Notes: generated by a model not told the origin, from the letters alone. Numbered from the stretch's first letter, positions 36,121-50,596 are shown. The stretch is 64,000 nucleotides of DNA from Octopus sinensis (GCF_006345805.1 NC_042997.1:64852001-64916000); one strand, 5' to 3'. Numbers and translations are program-made.

Positions 36121-39100
36121 TATATATTTGTAAAATAGAAGTTTGAAAACGCCACTATATTATATCAATTTTAATTTTCTTATGAATTTTACATGTTTCG
36201 GTTCTTGAAAAAACGAACCTTATCAAAAATATTTTTAAAAGTAAAGTGTAATAGAAAAGTTCATGATTGTTTCTTACTGGTCTCAATAGAATCGACGTGG
36301 TAGTGTTTTGTTGGTAGTAGGTATAATAGCTATAAATTTCAAGTTGAGTGTAGTAAAGAAGTTCATTATTGTTTCTTGCTGGTATTAACGGGATCCACGT
36401 GGCTGGTTTTAGCTTTCTTGTGTTAGAATGACCCGCGACTGGAATGGTAGCAGCAGTAGCGATTGTTGGTTGTTGAAGTAGTAACCGTGGTGGTGGTTGG
36501 GGTTGCAGCAGCTCAGCTGTGGCAGTGGGATGACCAGTGGCTGAGATGTCAGTAGCAGCAATTACTGTTGGTCGTAGTAGTGGTAACTGTGGTGGTGTTT
36601 GGGGTTGTAGCAGTTTAGCTGTGGCCGTAGTAGCAGCAGCAGTAGTGGGGGACTGTTGATCGTAGCAGCAATAGTAGTGACCACGATGGTTGCAGTAGTA
36701 GTGATGATAGTGGAAGCAGTTGTAGTGATCGTGGTGGTTGTGGTAGAATTCCATTTTTCTTTACGGAAGACCAATGTTTTGTTTTAATATTCCTGGCCCA
36801 ATTCTATGAAATACAATCCACATAACCAAACTAAGACTCCACCACCAAACCTCTACCCTAGGAACCAACCATACAAACCTAACAAACAACAAACACACTA
36901 CGGAAGAAACAACTACCAACACTATATACCTGATACACTAAGAGGGAACACGAGGTACAAAAACACACTACAAAACAGAGCACCACAAACTCACTCTGAA
37001 AATTATAACAACAGGAGACAGATAAACAGTGTTTTTGAACATAACTACACAAACCATGTTTTAGACCTAACACACAGGAACAGGGATACACGATGGCAAC
37101 GGACAAACAAAAGAAACCACAGGTAATTAAAATAATCAATCTCTCGAATAAAGAACTTACACCTAACGAAATAAAGCATACTTTCCAAAGGACTTAAATT
37201 TACACCAACCCCATAACGTTCTAATTACTATGAAATGAAAGATGATATTTCGGAATTTTGTAGGAAACTAAGACTTGCCGAGGAATTTCATGGCAAGCAA
37301 ATAGATGATGAATCAATAGCTAGAAACAACAGCGATTACACTCCTACCAAGGGAAAGAATAAAGCCTTAGACCGCTATTGTGACTACATAACTAATTTCC
37401 CTTTTCAATTCACCAAGAAACAAAAACACAGCCAAAACTTTAACAAAAGAGAATGGAACGACCTCATCAAACTAAGAGAAGACAAAACAATAACAATTAA
37501 GGAGGCAGATAAGGGCAACGCGGTAGTATTAATGAATACAAACGATTATAAAAATTTAGTGCTATCCCTATTAAGAGATGAAACATATTATGAAAGGGCC
37601 CAACATTATAATCAGCCAAAAATAATGTATAACCTCAGGACATTAATTAACACATACCGAGAAGGACTCACGGACAAGGAGTATGAATACATCACTAACT
37701 TCAAGTGCAAATCGAGTTTGTTCTACGGTATCCCTAAAGTCCACAAAAGCCAAATAATTAGTGAAACATGCAAGACATCTACCGATATACTCATCACAAT
37801 CCCTTCACCAAATGATCTTAAACTTAGACCGATAATAGCAGGCCCAGCATGTGAAACTCACCGCCTCGGCAATTTCTTAGACATACTTCTTAAACCTTTC
37901 CTAAAGCACATCAAAAGCTACGTAAGAGACGATATAGACATGCTTAACCACCTCCCAAAAGCAGTCAAAGAGAAAACCCTACAAGTATCCTTCGACGTAA
38001 TTAACCTTTATTCAAACATCCCTCACACCCTAGGAATAGAAGCGATCACTTTCTGGCTAAATAACTACTCCTTTGAAATCCCAACTCGCATAAATAAAGA
38101 ACTTATAATAGAAGGACTTAGATTCATTTTAGAAAACAATTACTTTATTTTTGACAGTAATTTCTACAGACAAAGATCGGGAACAGCGATGGGCACGCGT
38201 ACTGCGCCTTCTTTTGCCAACCTAGTGATGGGATACCTCGAGAAAATACTCTACCAGAAAACACTCGAGAAATATGGAAACACCTTCTCCACATATATCT
38301 AGAACAACTGGAAAAGATACCTCGACGACTGCTTTATCCTCTGGGATAAAAGTATAGAGAAACTTGAGGAATTTAAAATACTATTAAATGGAATAAATGA
38401 TAATATTCAGTTCACGATGGATCATAACGAAAAAGAATTGCCATTTTTAGACATCCTCATTAAGAAAGTCGGCAACAAAACAGAGACAGATATCTACTAT
38501 AAACCGACATACTCCAAGCAGTACCGACCCTTTGATTCATGCCACACAAGACACACTAGAATAAATGTCCCTTTTTGTTTAGCTAGAAGGATTTGCACCA
38601 TAATATCAGACACAAACACCCGACACACACGCCTCCAGGAACTTAGAACTACACTCATAAATAGAAATTATCCACAGCTCCTAATAGACAGTGCAATCCA
38701 ACGAGCACTTAAATTAAGTATAGAAGACTTGAGACAAACAAAACCAAAAAAGAAAGAAAAATTAAAAACCCTTCCCTACATCTCTACACACAACCCACTT
38801 AACAATGAGGCTTTCAACACCATACTACAAAGCACAGCCCTACTAAAGGGAGACCCAAAGATGAACCGGATCCTCGAAACACACACCATCATTAAAAGTA
38901 AACGGCAACCAAAATCCTTGAAAAAGATTTTAACCCAAGCTAAACTGCACTCAACATCAACCACAAAACCAGCAGTTAGAAAATGTGGAAAGCCCAACTG
39001 CGGAATCTGTGTCATCTTGGTAGAAGGTTCAGAATTCACATTAGAACAAGGCCATCAGTTCACCATCAGAAAAAACTTCACCTGTGCATCAGAAAACTTA

Positions 39101-40043
39101 ATTTACGTCTTAACATGCGCAGGCTGCAATAGGCAGTATATAGGCCATACAAAAAACAGCTTACGTAAAAGGATGGCGGTGCATAAATCCCAAATTAGAA
39201 ACCCTGAATACCGGAAAATACCAGTCAACGGACACATAGATAGATCCGCTTAAAAAAAAAGTCCGAAATTTACAACTTGCCCACTCTACAAATTCAGTGA
39301 CAGCGTAACCTTCACTCAACGCCAAAATAAGGAACTTTATTTCATTATAAAATTTAGACCAAGTTTGAACACCCTGGGCCAGGAATATTAAAACAAAACA
39401 TTGGTCTTCCGTAAAGAAAAATGGAATTCTACCACAACCACCACGATCACTACAACTGCTTCCACTATCATCACTACTACTACAACCATCGTGGTCACTA
39501 CTATTGCTGCTACGATCAACAGTCCTCCACTACTGCTGCTGCTACTACGGCCACAGCTAAACTGCTACAACCCCAAACACCACCACAGTTACCACTACTA
39601 CGACCAACAGTAATTGCTGCTACTGCCATCTCAGCCACTGGTCATCCCACTGCCACAGCTGAGCTGCTGCAACCCCAACCACCACAACGGTTACTACTTC
39701 AACAACCAACAATCGCTACTGCTGCTACCATTCCAGTCGCGGGTCATTCTAACACAAGAAAGCTAAAAACAGCCACGTGGATCCCGTTGATACCGGCAAG
39801 AAACAATAATGAACTTCTTTACTACACTCAACTTGAAATTTATAGCTATTATACCTACTACCGACAAAACACCACCACATGGATTCTATTGAGACCAGTA
39901 AGAAACAATCATGAACTTTTCTATTACACTTTACTTTTAAAAATATTTTTGATAAGGTTCGTTTTTTCAAGAACCGAAACATGTAAAATTCATAAGAAAA
40001 TTAAAATTAATATAATATAGCGGCGTTTTTAAACTTCTTTTTT

Positions 40044-40052
<9 letters not shown>
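36121..40052 (+). mobile_element. Near-full-length Penelope-like element (Neptune-like) with inverted ~680-bp terminal arms
   Basis: RT plus C-terminal GIY-YIG ORF. 36121-36800 is the reverse complement of 39375-40052 with few differences. (TA)n tracts on both flanks. Confidence 0.92.
37130..39391 (+). pseudogene. PLE reverse transcriptase-GIY-YIG endonuclease ORF with a few nonsense mutations
   Basis: LRPIIAG, SFDVINLYSNIP, QRSGTAMG, RYLDDCF, LPFLDI, CGKPNCGIC linker, LIYVLTC..C..QYIGHT..LRKRM..H, and RPSLN. In-frame stops at about 37216 (TAA), 38300 (TAG) and 39251 (TAA), plus a frameshift near 37178. Confidence 0.92.
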
Positions 40053-40135
<83 letters not shown>

Positions 40136-40172
40136 TATATATAATATATATAATATATATATATATATATAT

Positions 40173-40271
<99 letters not shown>

Positions 40272-40407
40272 ATATATATAGATATATATATTTATACAAA
40301 CCAACATTATTTGCAAGCGTTGAAATATGATTTGCACGATACCATAAGGTGGAAATTTTTTTCTACTATCTATATAGCGTCTTAAATTGTGAATGAATGT
40401 GTCAGCG

Positions 40408-40465
40408 GGCAGTTTAGCTTAATGGTAAAGCAATCTGCCGGATGTTGGTTCGAGTCCAATGGCTA
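40408..40465 (+). pseudogene. tRNA-like remnant with truncated anticodon arm
   Basis: TAGCTTAATGG A box, GCTT/AAGC D stem, TTGG-TTCGAGT-CCAA T arm, imperfect acceptor stem. Confidence 0.45.
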
Positions 40466-40692
40466 TTTGTTGGCAAATTTGTTCTTTTATAATTTACCTG
40501 GTATTTTTTCCTGTTCTAACTGCAATTTTGCGTTCGAGTGAATATCATATATTTAACGTGCAATACAATAAGGTGATATGTGTTCACAAATTTTTCCGCT
40601 TTGTAATTTACCCAATATTTCTGCTGTTCTAACGGCAATTCTTCGTTTGAACAAACACCACATTTTTTTGTATCATATATATATATATATAT

Positions 40693-40765
40693 AGCCTCGC
40701 ACCGACCAAAGCCTTGTGAGTGGATTTGCAACACGCAACCTGAAAGAAGTTCGTCGTATATATGC

Positions 40766-40796
<31 letters not shown>

Positions 40797-40798
40797 AT

Positions 40799-40839
<41 letters not shown>

Positions 40840-41070
40840 TGTGTGTGTGAATATGTTTGTGCGTCTGTGTTTGTCCCCCCCCAACATCGCTTGACAACCG
40901 ATGCTGGTGTGTTTACGTCCCCGTAACTTAGCGGTTCGGCAAAGCAGTCCGATAGTATAAGTACTAGGCTTACAAGGAATAAGTTCTGGGGTCGATTTGC
41001 TCGACTAAAGGCGGTTCTCCAGCATGGCCACAGTCAAAATGACCGAAAAAATTAAAAGAGTAATAGAGTA
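40693..41070 (+). mobile_element. 5'-truncated SINE family A
   Basis: ccgaccaaagccttgtgagtggattt...ccagcatggccacagtcaaa. Confidence 0.8.
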
Positions 41071-41514
41071 ATATATATACTTTATGGAAAAGTAGCAGGA
41101 ATATCACAAAGACTGTTACTGAGAGTTGTTTGGCGCACAGTTTTGTTTCGAATGGAACAGAAATAAGCAGACATAAAATTTGTTTAATGGATACACATTT
41201 GAAAATAGTATCGTTTTTTTTTGGTCCTTTCATTTAACGGTATTAAGCAGGCAATGAACAAAATTCAGTATAAAGTCATCTTATAAAATGGAAGAAGACC
41301 TTAAATCAATGAACAGAGTCTAAATACATAGTGTAAATAATTATGTGCAAAATATAAATCAATTTTTATACTAAACGTTATATCCGTTTCGAAAGTTAAA
41401 ATTAAACATTTTCACGCTGGACTACATAAACGAAAGCAAAAGTATTTGAATAACACCTGCGTTCAACTGCATTTATTTACTCCGGTATACATACATATAT
41501 ATATATATTATATA

Positions 41515-41583
<69 letters not shown>

Positions 41584-41604
41584 TGTATGTGTGTGTGTGT
41601 GGTG

Positions 41605-41635
<31 letters not shown>

Positions 41636-42415
41636 TGTGTTTGAACGATGTGTTTGCTGAGTATGGAGCAGCAATAAGAGAGATGACAAAAGAATAAATT
41701 ATTATCATATGAAGTTCGTAAGCTTCCATCTGTTTCTGCTATAGGATGCAGTTGTCTCATTGTTGAATCCTACACCGGGTTATTGGTCTTGCAATGCTCA
41801 AGAGAAATATATATATGTGTATGTGTCTGAGTATTGATACATGTGTACATTGTTTGTTGTTACCAGCAGATTTTGTTTCCCACCAGGTAACAACACATGT
41901 GCTTTCCTCAGACTATATGCTTCTTCCTCCATTAAATCATTTCCCAACATACTCCTCTTTCCAACGAAGACCCATGCTTGAAACGTCATTTCCACTCTTA
42001 GTTTTCAATCTAAATCTTCCTCTGAGACTCATTCTAATATACACAGTTTACATCTAATTGACATTTGTTACTTTTTCCTGCTTTCCTTTTTATAAAACCA
42101 TAGACATATATTGATACACAAGCAAACGTGGGCACATATTATATACATGAATACATATAACTTACATGATAGGAGACAGGCGAACAGACCTTCATACGTC
42201 TGCTTCCTAACTACACGACGCAGCTGTTAGATTTAGAACTAAAACTATCAGATGTTGTTGACATCAGTCTCACACTGGCCTCATATTTATTTACATATCA
42301 TTCAGGTCTCTTTCTCCGCATGTATATATCTCTCACTGTATATATAAATACCTGTATATGTATATATATGTATATATATATAAATAGGTATATGTATACA
42401 CACACGCGCGCGCAC

Positions 42416-42461
<46 letters not shown>

Positions 42462-42812
42462 AAGAAGGAAAATTATTGATCTATATTTTTATTCGCCTTA
42501 TGTTAGATTTATTATTTTCGTCATATTTCTTCCTAGTTTTTATATAAACAATATTCTCTACAGTGGTTCCACATCTAATGAAATTATGATTATTCAAAAC
42601 ATATATTTTACATTTATACATGGTGTCAAAGTCTTGTGTGTATATACATGTCACATGTCTCTCAACGCACTACGCAAAGATATATACTATACTAGTACAC
42701 TTTTTAATTTCTTGTGTCTCTCTCTTACGTATATGTGTGTGTGTGTTACTATGCGCGCGCGTTACTTCTGAAATTTTATAAATTCATTTTTAATATATTA
42801 CAGGAAATGTGC

Positions 42813-43160
42813 TCGTGAGTGACTGTGTGGTTAGAAGCTTGTATCACAACCACATGATTCCGGATTCAGTGTAACGTCGTGGCATCTTGGTCAAGTGAAA
42901 GAAGCAACTGAAAGATCCCCTTCGTACATATTTAAGTCCGAGTCTTTGCGTTTGAGTTTGTCTCCCGCAACACTTGACAACAGCAGTTAGGGTGTTTACG
43001 TCCCCAAAACGTAACGCTTGAGCAAAGAAAAGCGATAGATTAGGTATAAGCCTTAAGACAATAACTTCTGGGGCTGATTCATTTGACTAAAAATTCTTCA
43101 AGGCAGTGCCTCAACATGGCCACAGTCTAATACCTGAAACACATAAAAGAACAAAAGATA
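42813..43160 (+). mobile_element. Degraded SINE family A
   Basis: gtgactgtgtggttagaagctt...ccacatgattccggattcagt...caacatggccacagtc. Confidence 0.75.
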
Positions 43161-43948
43161 AAAGTTATGTTATTTCAACTTCTGATACACTACGTAGTCA
43201 TCCAGTTATCACACTTTCTACTTTAATTTATATATTTAATATGTAATACATATGCGCATATAAGTGTACATATGCATACGTACATGCACACACACCCTCA
43301 CAAACACACCTCTCACACACACATACACACACACATATATATATATACAATATGTATATATGTGTGTATACACATGTTATATACGTGTCTTTAGTGCATA
43401 AAAATTTAAAGTATAATCGTAAACCAATCATAATACGGTTAACTTCGGAAGTGTACTTTTATCACACTGGGTGACAACAAATATGTCATTTATACAATAA
43501 ATAAAATTATCTGAATTTTATCGTATTTTTGCATGGAAATTCTGGTAAAATGAATATTAAGTTTCTAATTAAAAAGCTATATTTTATTTAAATATATATT
43601 TCATTAAAAACTATTCACAGTTTTACTTTTTAAAAATGATAACAAATATCACTGACCATGCTGATTTATACACGCACGCGTACACACACACACAAACATA
43701 CACACACACAGACACACATACACACATACACATACACGTTCAATATGTATATATATATATATATATTATATATATATATATATAATAATATATATATATA
43801 TATATAATATATATATATATAATATATATATAATATATATAAATATGTATATATATATAGTATATATATAATATATATATAATATATATAATATATATAT
43901 ATATTATATATATATATATATTATATATATATATATTATATATATATC

Positions 43949-43979
<31 letters not shown>

Positions 43980-43986
43980 TATTATA

Positions 43987-44030
<44 letters not shown>

Positions 44031-44247
44031 TATATATATAATATATATACACAGAGACACATACACACCTCTTACTTGCTTGTGATTCTTTCTCTCTCAC
44101 TCTGTGAATGTGTGCATATATAGTTCATTTAAATATTGCCTGTCACGAAACATAGTACGTGTACTCCTCTGCCAACTGTTGTCAATCTTTCTATATATAT
44201 GAATTTTATTACCTTCCTCTACTATTGTATAGAGTTCATAAAAACAC

Positions 44248-44279
<32 letters not shown>

Positions 44280-44285
<6 letters not shown>

Positions 44286-44420
44286 TCAGCCGAAATTACT
44301 ACGATGATCCGGTTCTTGACTGAAGACTGAGGGCTTCGAATGTCCTGTCTGTGTTTGTTGTATCGTCTTCTAAGTTCTTATGCGTTCTTGTCTCAGTTTG
44401 TAATTTTCTACATATCATAA
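44280..44420 (+). mobile_element. Fragment of the 14.9-kb pseudo-LTR-like family
   Basis: attaatcagccgaaatt...gatgatccggttcttgactgaagactgagggcttcgaa is the reverse-complement homologue of about 14960-15050 and 15770-15860. Confidence 0.7.
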
Positions 44421-44606
44421 TATATATATATATATGTATATACACACACAGACATACATATATACATCAGATATAAGTGCAAGTGTGTGCTTGTCTGTTG
44501 AGTGTCTTTGTCTCCCTTTGTCTGTCTGCCTGTCTCTCTATCTCTTTGTAAGCTCTAAATGATGTAGCAGTTAGATATCTAATGTAATTATATATATATA
44601 TATTAA

Positions 44607-44640
<34 letters not shown>

Positions 44641-44647
44641 ATATATG

Positions 44648-44679
<32 letters not shown>

Positions 44680-45170
44680 TATATATGTGTGTGTGTGTGT
44701 GGGTGTATGTATGTGTATGTGGGTATATGTATATATATATATATATACGTACATTTTTATGTAGGTAATATAGATGTACTTCGTAAGTTGTTGCTTCGCA
44801 TATAATTCTAAAAGATAATACATACTAAATTGATGCATATATATATATATATAATAATATATATATATAATATCGTAATTGCCTATGCGTGTTTTTTTAC
44901 ATGTCTATAACCTACACTAATGTACGCATGTCTCTGCTTTCAATGCTGTTTCCAAAGTAATATTACCGGTAGGTGAGACTATTTTATTCAATATACCAAT
45001 TAGTTCTTCTTAAATGAAAGACAATTTATTTTATATCATTATAAATTATTTCTCTATTAGTAAATTAATGCAAACGTTTAATGTTTATGAGTGTACGGAT
45101 TAACGATTGACATATTAACTGTACCGATAAATCTAGCCTGAAATCTTTATAGATGACTCATGCAATGTGA

Positions 45171-45202
<32 letters not shown>

Positions 45203-45209
<7 letters not shown>

Positions 45210-46677
45210 AATAAAATAGAACATATGCATATATATAAACATATATGTACGTACCTACCTCTACATGTACATATACACGCATATATGTGTACAGGACACC
45301 AAAAAGACGTCGAACACATAGAGAGACGAAAAACATAGACACAAACCAAGGAACAAGACAAGCAAAAAAAGAGATACAGGACAATAAGCACAACGAAAAA
45401 TCCCCTTCTTCAGTCGCTAGGTTTCATCTACCAAACGTTTCGAAGGATAAAAGCGAGACGTATACTTCGAAGAAAACTTCCTTCCTACGAAAAGCAAATC
45501 AATTAAAATTCTGAGATCTTTTCGCAGAGGGGTAAAAAAAAAAGCAAGACGGTAACGACAGTACAAACATATAAACAGAAAAAAATATATATAAACAGTG
45601 GAAAAATAAATATATAACAGTGAGAGACAGGACAAGGAGAACAAGATAAGAAGGGCTGTTAACGCCAGACGAAAAAAGTATTGCAAACGCTGGATTAAAG
45701 TGGACGACGAGAGAGAAAAAATGTCGACCAGTAGCCTTAGAAGGCGGGCGAGAAAAGACAGGATAGCAGTTACGACGGAAGTATCGTCGCAGATGGACGA
45801 CGGGAATGGGGGAGGAGGAGCAAGAGGAAGAGAGAGAAGAAGGGGAATGGTGCGAGGACACCATGAAGAATGGTGAAAGGGAGAGAGAGAATGAAGAATG
45901 AGAGAGAGAGGAAGAGACAAGTTAAGTGAGGGAAAAAAGACGAAAAAGGGAATGGGAGAGAAAGAAAGAAAGATGCAGAGTCGCGTGAGAGTTAATATCA
46001 AGGCTAACTTGATAAACAGAACAATCTTACTTAATAGGTTGCGTGCGTTTAGTCGTATAATATGTTAATAAAATAGAACATATGCATATATAAACATATA
46101 TGTACGTACCTACCTCTACATGTACATATACACGCATATATGTGTACAGGACACCAAAAAGACGTCGAACACATAGAGAGACGAAAAACATAGACACAAA
46201 CCAAGGAACAAGACAAGCAAAAAAAGAGATACAGGACAATAAGCACAACGAAAAATCCCCTTCTTCAGTCGCTAAGGTTTCATCTACTAAACGTTTCGAA
46301 GGATAAAAGCGAGACGTATACTTCGAAGAAAACTTCCTTCCTACGAAAAGCAAATCAATTAAAATTCTGAGATCTTTTCGCAGAGGGGTAAAAAAAAGCA
46401 AGACGGTAACGACAGTACAAACATATAAACAGTAAAAAATATATATATAAACATTGGAAAAATAAATATATAACAGTGAGAGACAGGACAAGGAGAACAA
46501 GATAAGAAGGGCTGTTAACGCCAGACGAAAAAAGTATTGCAAACGCTGGATTAAAGTGGACGACGAGAGAGAAAAAATGTCGACCAGTAGCCTTAGAAGG
46601 CGGGCGAGAAAGACAGGATAGCAGTTACGACGGAAGTATCGTCGCAGATGGACGACGGGAATGGGGGAGGAGGAGCA
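45203..46677 (-). mobile_element. Tandem ~857-bp pseudo-LTR-like unit (about 1.7 copies) between (TA)n tracts
   Basis: tgttaataaaatagaac recurs at 45206 and 46063. Copies are highly similar. No credible ORF. Confidence 0.8.
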
Positions 46678-46729
46678 ATATATATATAATATATATATAT
46701 ATCAATTATACTCATAATTATAAAACGAA

Positions 46730-46766
<37 letters not shown>

Positions 46767-47149
46767 TACAAACATACGTGCATATATATACATACATACA
46801 CGGATACAACATGAGCATCTGCATCACGAAACTATGTCACAGAGTAGTCACAAAATTAATGAAGGCATGATAGGAAAAAGATTTCAGTGAACTATAATAT
46901 CGCCTTACTTCTGCTAGCTTACTAAAAGTAATACTAGTTTAGAATTTAGTCCAAAATAGGGCCCGATTCTCTTCAGCCTAATCTGCCAGCCAACGACTAC
47001 TGAAATTCGTCCCCACCATGCTGAGACGATATTAGTTTTCACTGAGATTGTTTCCTATTATGACTGTATTAATTTTGTGACTATACCGTATCATGGAAAT
47101 ATTTTTGAATTCTCCTTTTAGCGATGCAGGTACCCACGTAGTACCCCTG

Positions 47150-47201
<52 letters not shown>

Positions 47202-47749
47202 TGTATACACATACACAAATATATATACACGTACATATATATATACATATATATACACATATGTATATATTATATATCTAGATTATTTAGGCAATTAAAC
47301 TCATATACTTCAGAAAGAAGATCGGGAGAAATATGCTGCGTTTAAATAATACATCTAATCGTCAAAACTAAACTATTTCTACTCGAAATGACCTAGAAAC
47401 TCGCCATAAGAATCTTATTGTAAAAAGAAAGCAGAAACTAAACTCACAATTTATTATTAGAAAAAATACGCACGCAAAAATATTCATTACCAAAAGAGAA
47501 CAGGTAGAAAACTAAATTTTCACGCTTCACATATCAAGTAGAATATCGATTTATAAGTACTTGTTGAAGTAACGATATTAACAGATTATTGAAGTAATTG
47601 GTGTATCTCTTATCGTAATAAACTGATTTCTTTTAATTAAGATATTTATTTTTTTGCCAATAGCCTTCGTCTATTTTCTTTAGCTTACAGAATATATTTT
47701 TACCCTTCAGCTTACTGAAAACTTGATCAATAAATTGATAAAGTGCAGA

Positions 47750-47817
<68 letters not shown>

Positions 47818-48017
47818 GTATATTATATGTATATATATATTTATATTTATAATTATATTTATATTTATTTATACATGCATTATAAATCATACATACGATG
47901 GTCAGGAATATGTGCATATCTATATATATATATGTGTGTGTGTGTGGTGTATACGCATATGCATATATCTATATATATAGATCGATAAATATACGTCTAA
48001 ATATATATGTATGCATG

Positions 48018-48048
<31 letters not shown>

Positions 48049-48104
48049 TATATATATTACATATGTATATAAGTATATATATAATACATTTATATATATA
48101 TATA

Positions 48105-48189
<85 letters not shown>

Positions 48190-48617
48190 TGTTTGTTTGT
48201 TTGTTTGTATGCCCGTGTGTATAAATCCATTTAATACACAATATACATGCCTATATCTGAAGAAAAGAGAAATAAAAAATATTTTTGACACGAAAATAAT
48301 TCCTTCTCCAAAACATCATATTCCTGAAACACAAAATAAACAGACACAAAAAGCAAAGCGAAAGCCAATTTCTTACAAACTCTCGCAGACTATCTTTTAT
48401 TCACTTAAAACAATACAAAGAGAAACACTCACATACTCTCGAGTGCACACACACAAATAGAAACAGACAATTGGCTGCATTTGCTTTTGAACTCAAAAGT
48501 ATTCTTTTCAGTTGAATACAATTTTTGAAACTTGAGCCCCTGAATGCTATTCCAGGTCTCCACATACAAAATATATAAAATGAGACTTTAAGATGAATTT
48601 TCAAGCAAGTACTTAAC

Positions 48618-49860
48618 TATCAGGTCATCCCATAAGTTCTTTCCGATTTTACCTTTTATTAAAATTGAATGAAATTCAATAGTATTTTAGAATATTTAAT
48701 GGAATTTTAAATTATTTTTATGCATTAGTCTACATTTAAACTAATTAAAAATTACTTTACATAATAATAGTATTAAAATTTCTTTGATTAAAACCCTTTC
48801 TAACATGGAAGTATCCAAAGCGCATTTAGGGCACATAAAGCTTTATAAGTACAAAAAAAGGAAACTCTGCAGCCGAAGCGACTCGAAACATACACTCAAT
48901 ATATGGCAAAGAATGTTTAAATGAAAGAACTTGCAGAAGATGGTTTGCAAAATTCAGAAGTGTAGATTTCAGCCTTGAAGATGAAGATCGAACAGGACAT
49001 CCAGTTGAGTTTGATGATAAGCTCCTTCAGGCATTACTTGCACAAAATCCTTCATTATCATTTGAAGAATTAGCAATAAAGTTAAGTTAAAACCATACAA
49101 TTGTTTATCATCATCTTCAACAACTTGGAAAGGGTCCTAAACTTGGACATCTGCTCTTTTCTCCATTCTCGTGAACATATTTCACCCTTTTTGGATAGCT
49201 TTCTGACTGGTGACGAAACATGGATCTTCTATCAACATGTTAAACGTTGTAAATATTGGCTTGGTAAAAGGGAAAAAGCTCAACCACAACCGAGAATGGA
49301 ACTTCATGGAAAAAAGCTTCTTCTCTCTATCTGGTGGGATTGTAAAGGAGCAATTGACTTTGGATTGTTACTACCTAATGCAACAATCAATGCTCAAGTC
49401 TACTGTCAGCAATTAGAGTGTTTGAACCAAGCGTTGACGAAAAAAGACCCGCTTCAGTGAATTGAATAGGAGTGATGTTTCATCAAGACATTGCGCGACT
49501 CCACACTGCAAAGATCACATCACAGAATATCGAAGAGCTTCGTTGGGAAAATATTCTTCATCCACATTATTCTCCCGATCTTGCTTCATCAGACTACCAT
49601 TTGTTTCTTAATTTACAGAATTATTTGAAGGACATAACTTTCGCCAGCCAGGAGGAGGTCGAAACAAACATTTCAGAGTTCTTCGCTTTGAAACCAAAAT
49701 AGTTTTATATTGATGGGATTAAAAAGCTTGTAAATAGATGGAAGGAAGTCATAGATAATCAGGGAGAGTACATTGATGATTAAATACCAATTTAATATAA
49801 CATTTAATCACTTGTTTTCTTTATTCAAAATTCGGACAGCACTTATGGAATGACCTGATA
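48618..49860 (+). mobile_element. Full-length mariner relic with TIRs
   Basis: TATCAGGTCATCCCATAAG ... CTTATGGAATGACCTGATA. Motifs LTGDETW, KKLLLSIWWD, HQDIARLH, HYSPDLASSDYHLF. Frameshifts and stops. Confidence 0.92.
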
Positions 49861-50244
49861 GTTACAAAATATGAGAAAAAAGTTGCTTTTCATTTCTAAT
49901 TTCTTCTTATTTTCTCATTTGTTTCATATCTCTATTTGTTTCATATCTTTTTTTACTTTCAGTTTTCAATATTTGATAAGATGGGCATACACATCGAAAG
50001 CAGTAATAATTTACAAAAGTAACTTAATGAAACTGATATAGGGAAACACTTTAACCATATTTTCGTGCTATTACTAGTTTTACTTTTTACCTATTCGCTT
50101 TCATTTGTAAGGATTCTTCACTCATTTTCTACTATAAAAACATATTACATATATGTATACGTGTATGTGTGTTCTTCCTCCCGCACACACACACATATAT
50201 TTAAGTACATATATATGTATAAACATACACACACGCACGTATAA

Positions 50245-50286
<42 letters not shown>

Positions 50287-50596
50287 TTATATATATATAT
50301 ATATATATATAATAAAATAATAATAATAAATTAGGGAATAAATCCAAACGTACAGGGAAAAAATTAGATTTAGGATTAAATCCAATTTTATAGTATAAAT
50401 ATATTATATTATATTATATTATATTATATTATATTATATTAGGGATAAAACCACTATTAGGCAAATCAAACAGTGAAAAACATAAGCCAATACATAAAAT
50501 TAATTTTAAAATATAAAAGTTTAAAAATTTTTTTAATTATTTAAATAAATTAAACTCATAAATTTTAAATAATATATATATATATATATATATATA

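Noticed and set aside
36155-36754. 199-aa ORF present in both PLE arms (also 39421-40020)
   Set aside because: Built from ACT/ACC/GCA triplet repeats that lack stops. Its presence twice simply reflects the recent inverted duplication. No domain is recognisable.
37214-39253. In-frame stops in the PLE ORF as possible selenocysteine or read-through recoding
   Set aside because: The stops are TAA, TAG and TAA rather than TGA, and are best explained as point mutations.
45395-45455. Possible permuted (type II) hammerhead on the minus strand: CCTTC-GAAA-CGTT...CTAGCGA-CTGAAGA-AGGGG
   Set aside because: Core words are present, but stem I does not pair in the required register and stem II is weak. 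Cannot be supported without a family alignment.
40029-48460. Numerous [16 protein letters not shown] ORFs in the ORF track here and elsewhere
   Set aside because: Translations of (TA)n, (TG)n, (GATA)n and (ATT)n microsatellites.
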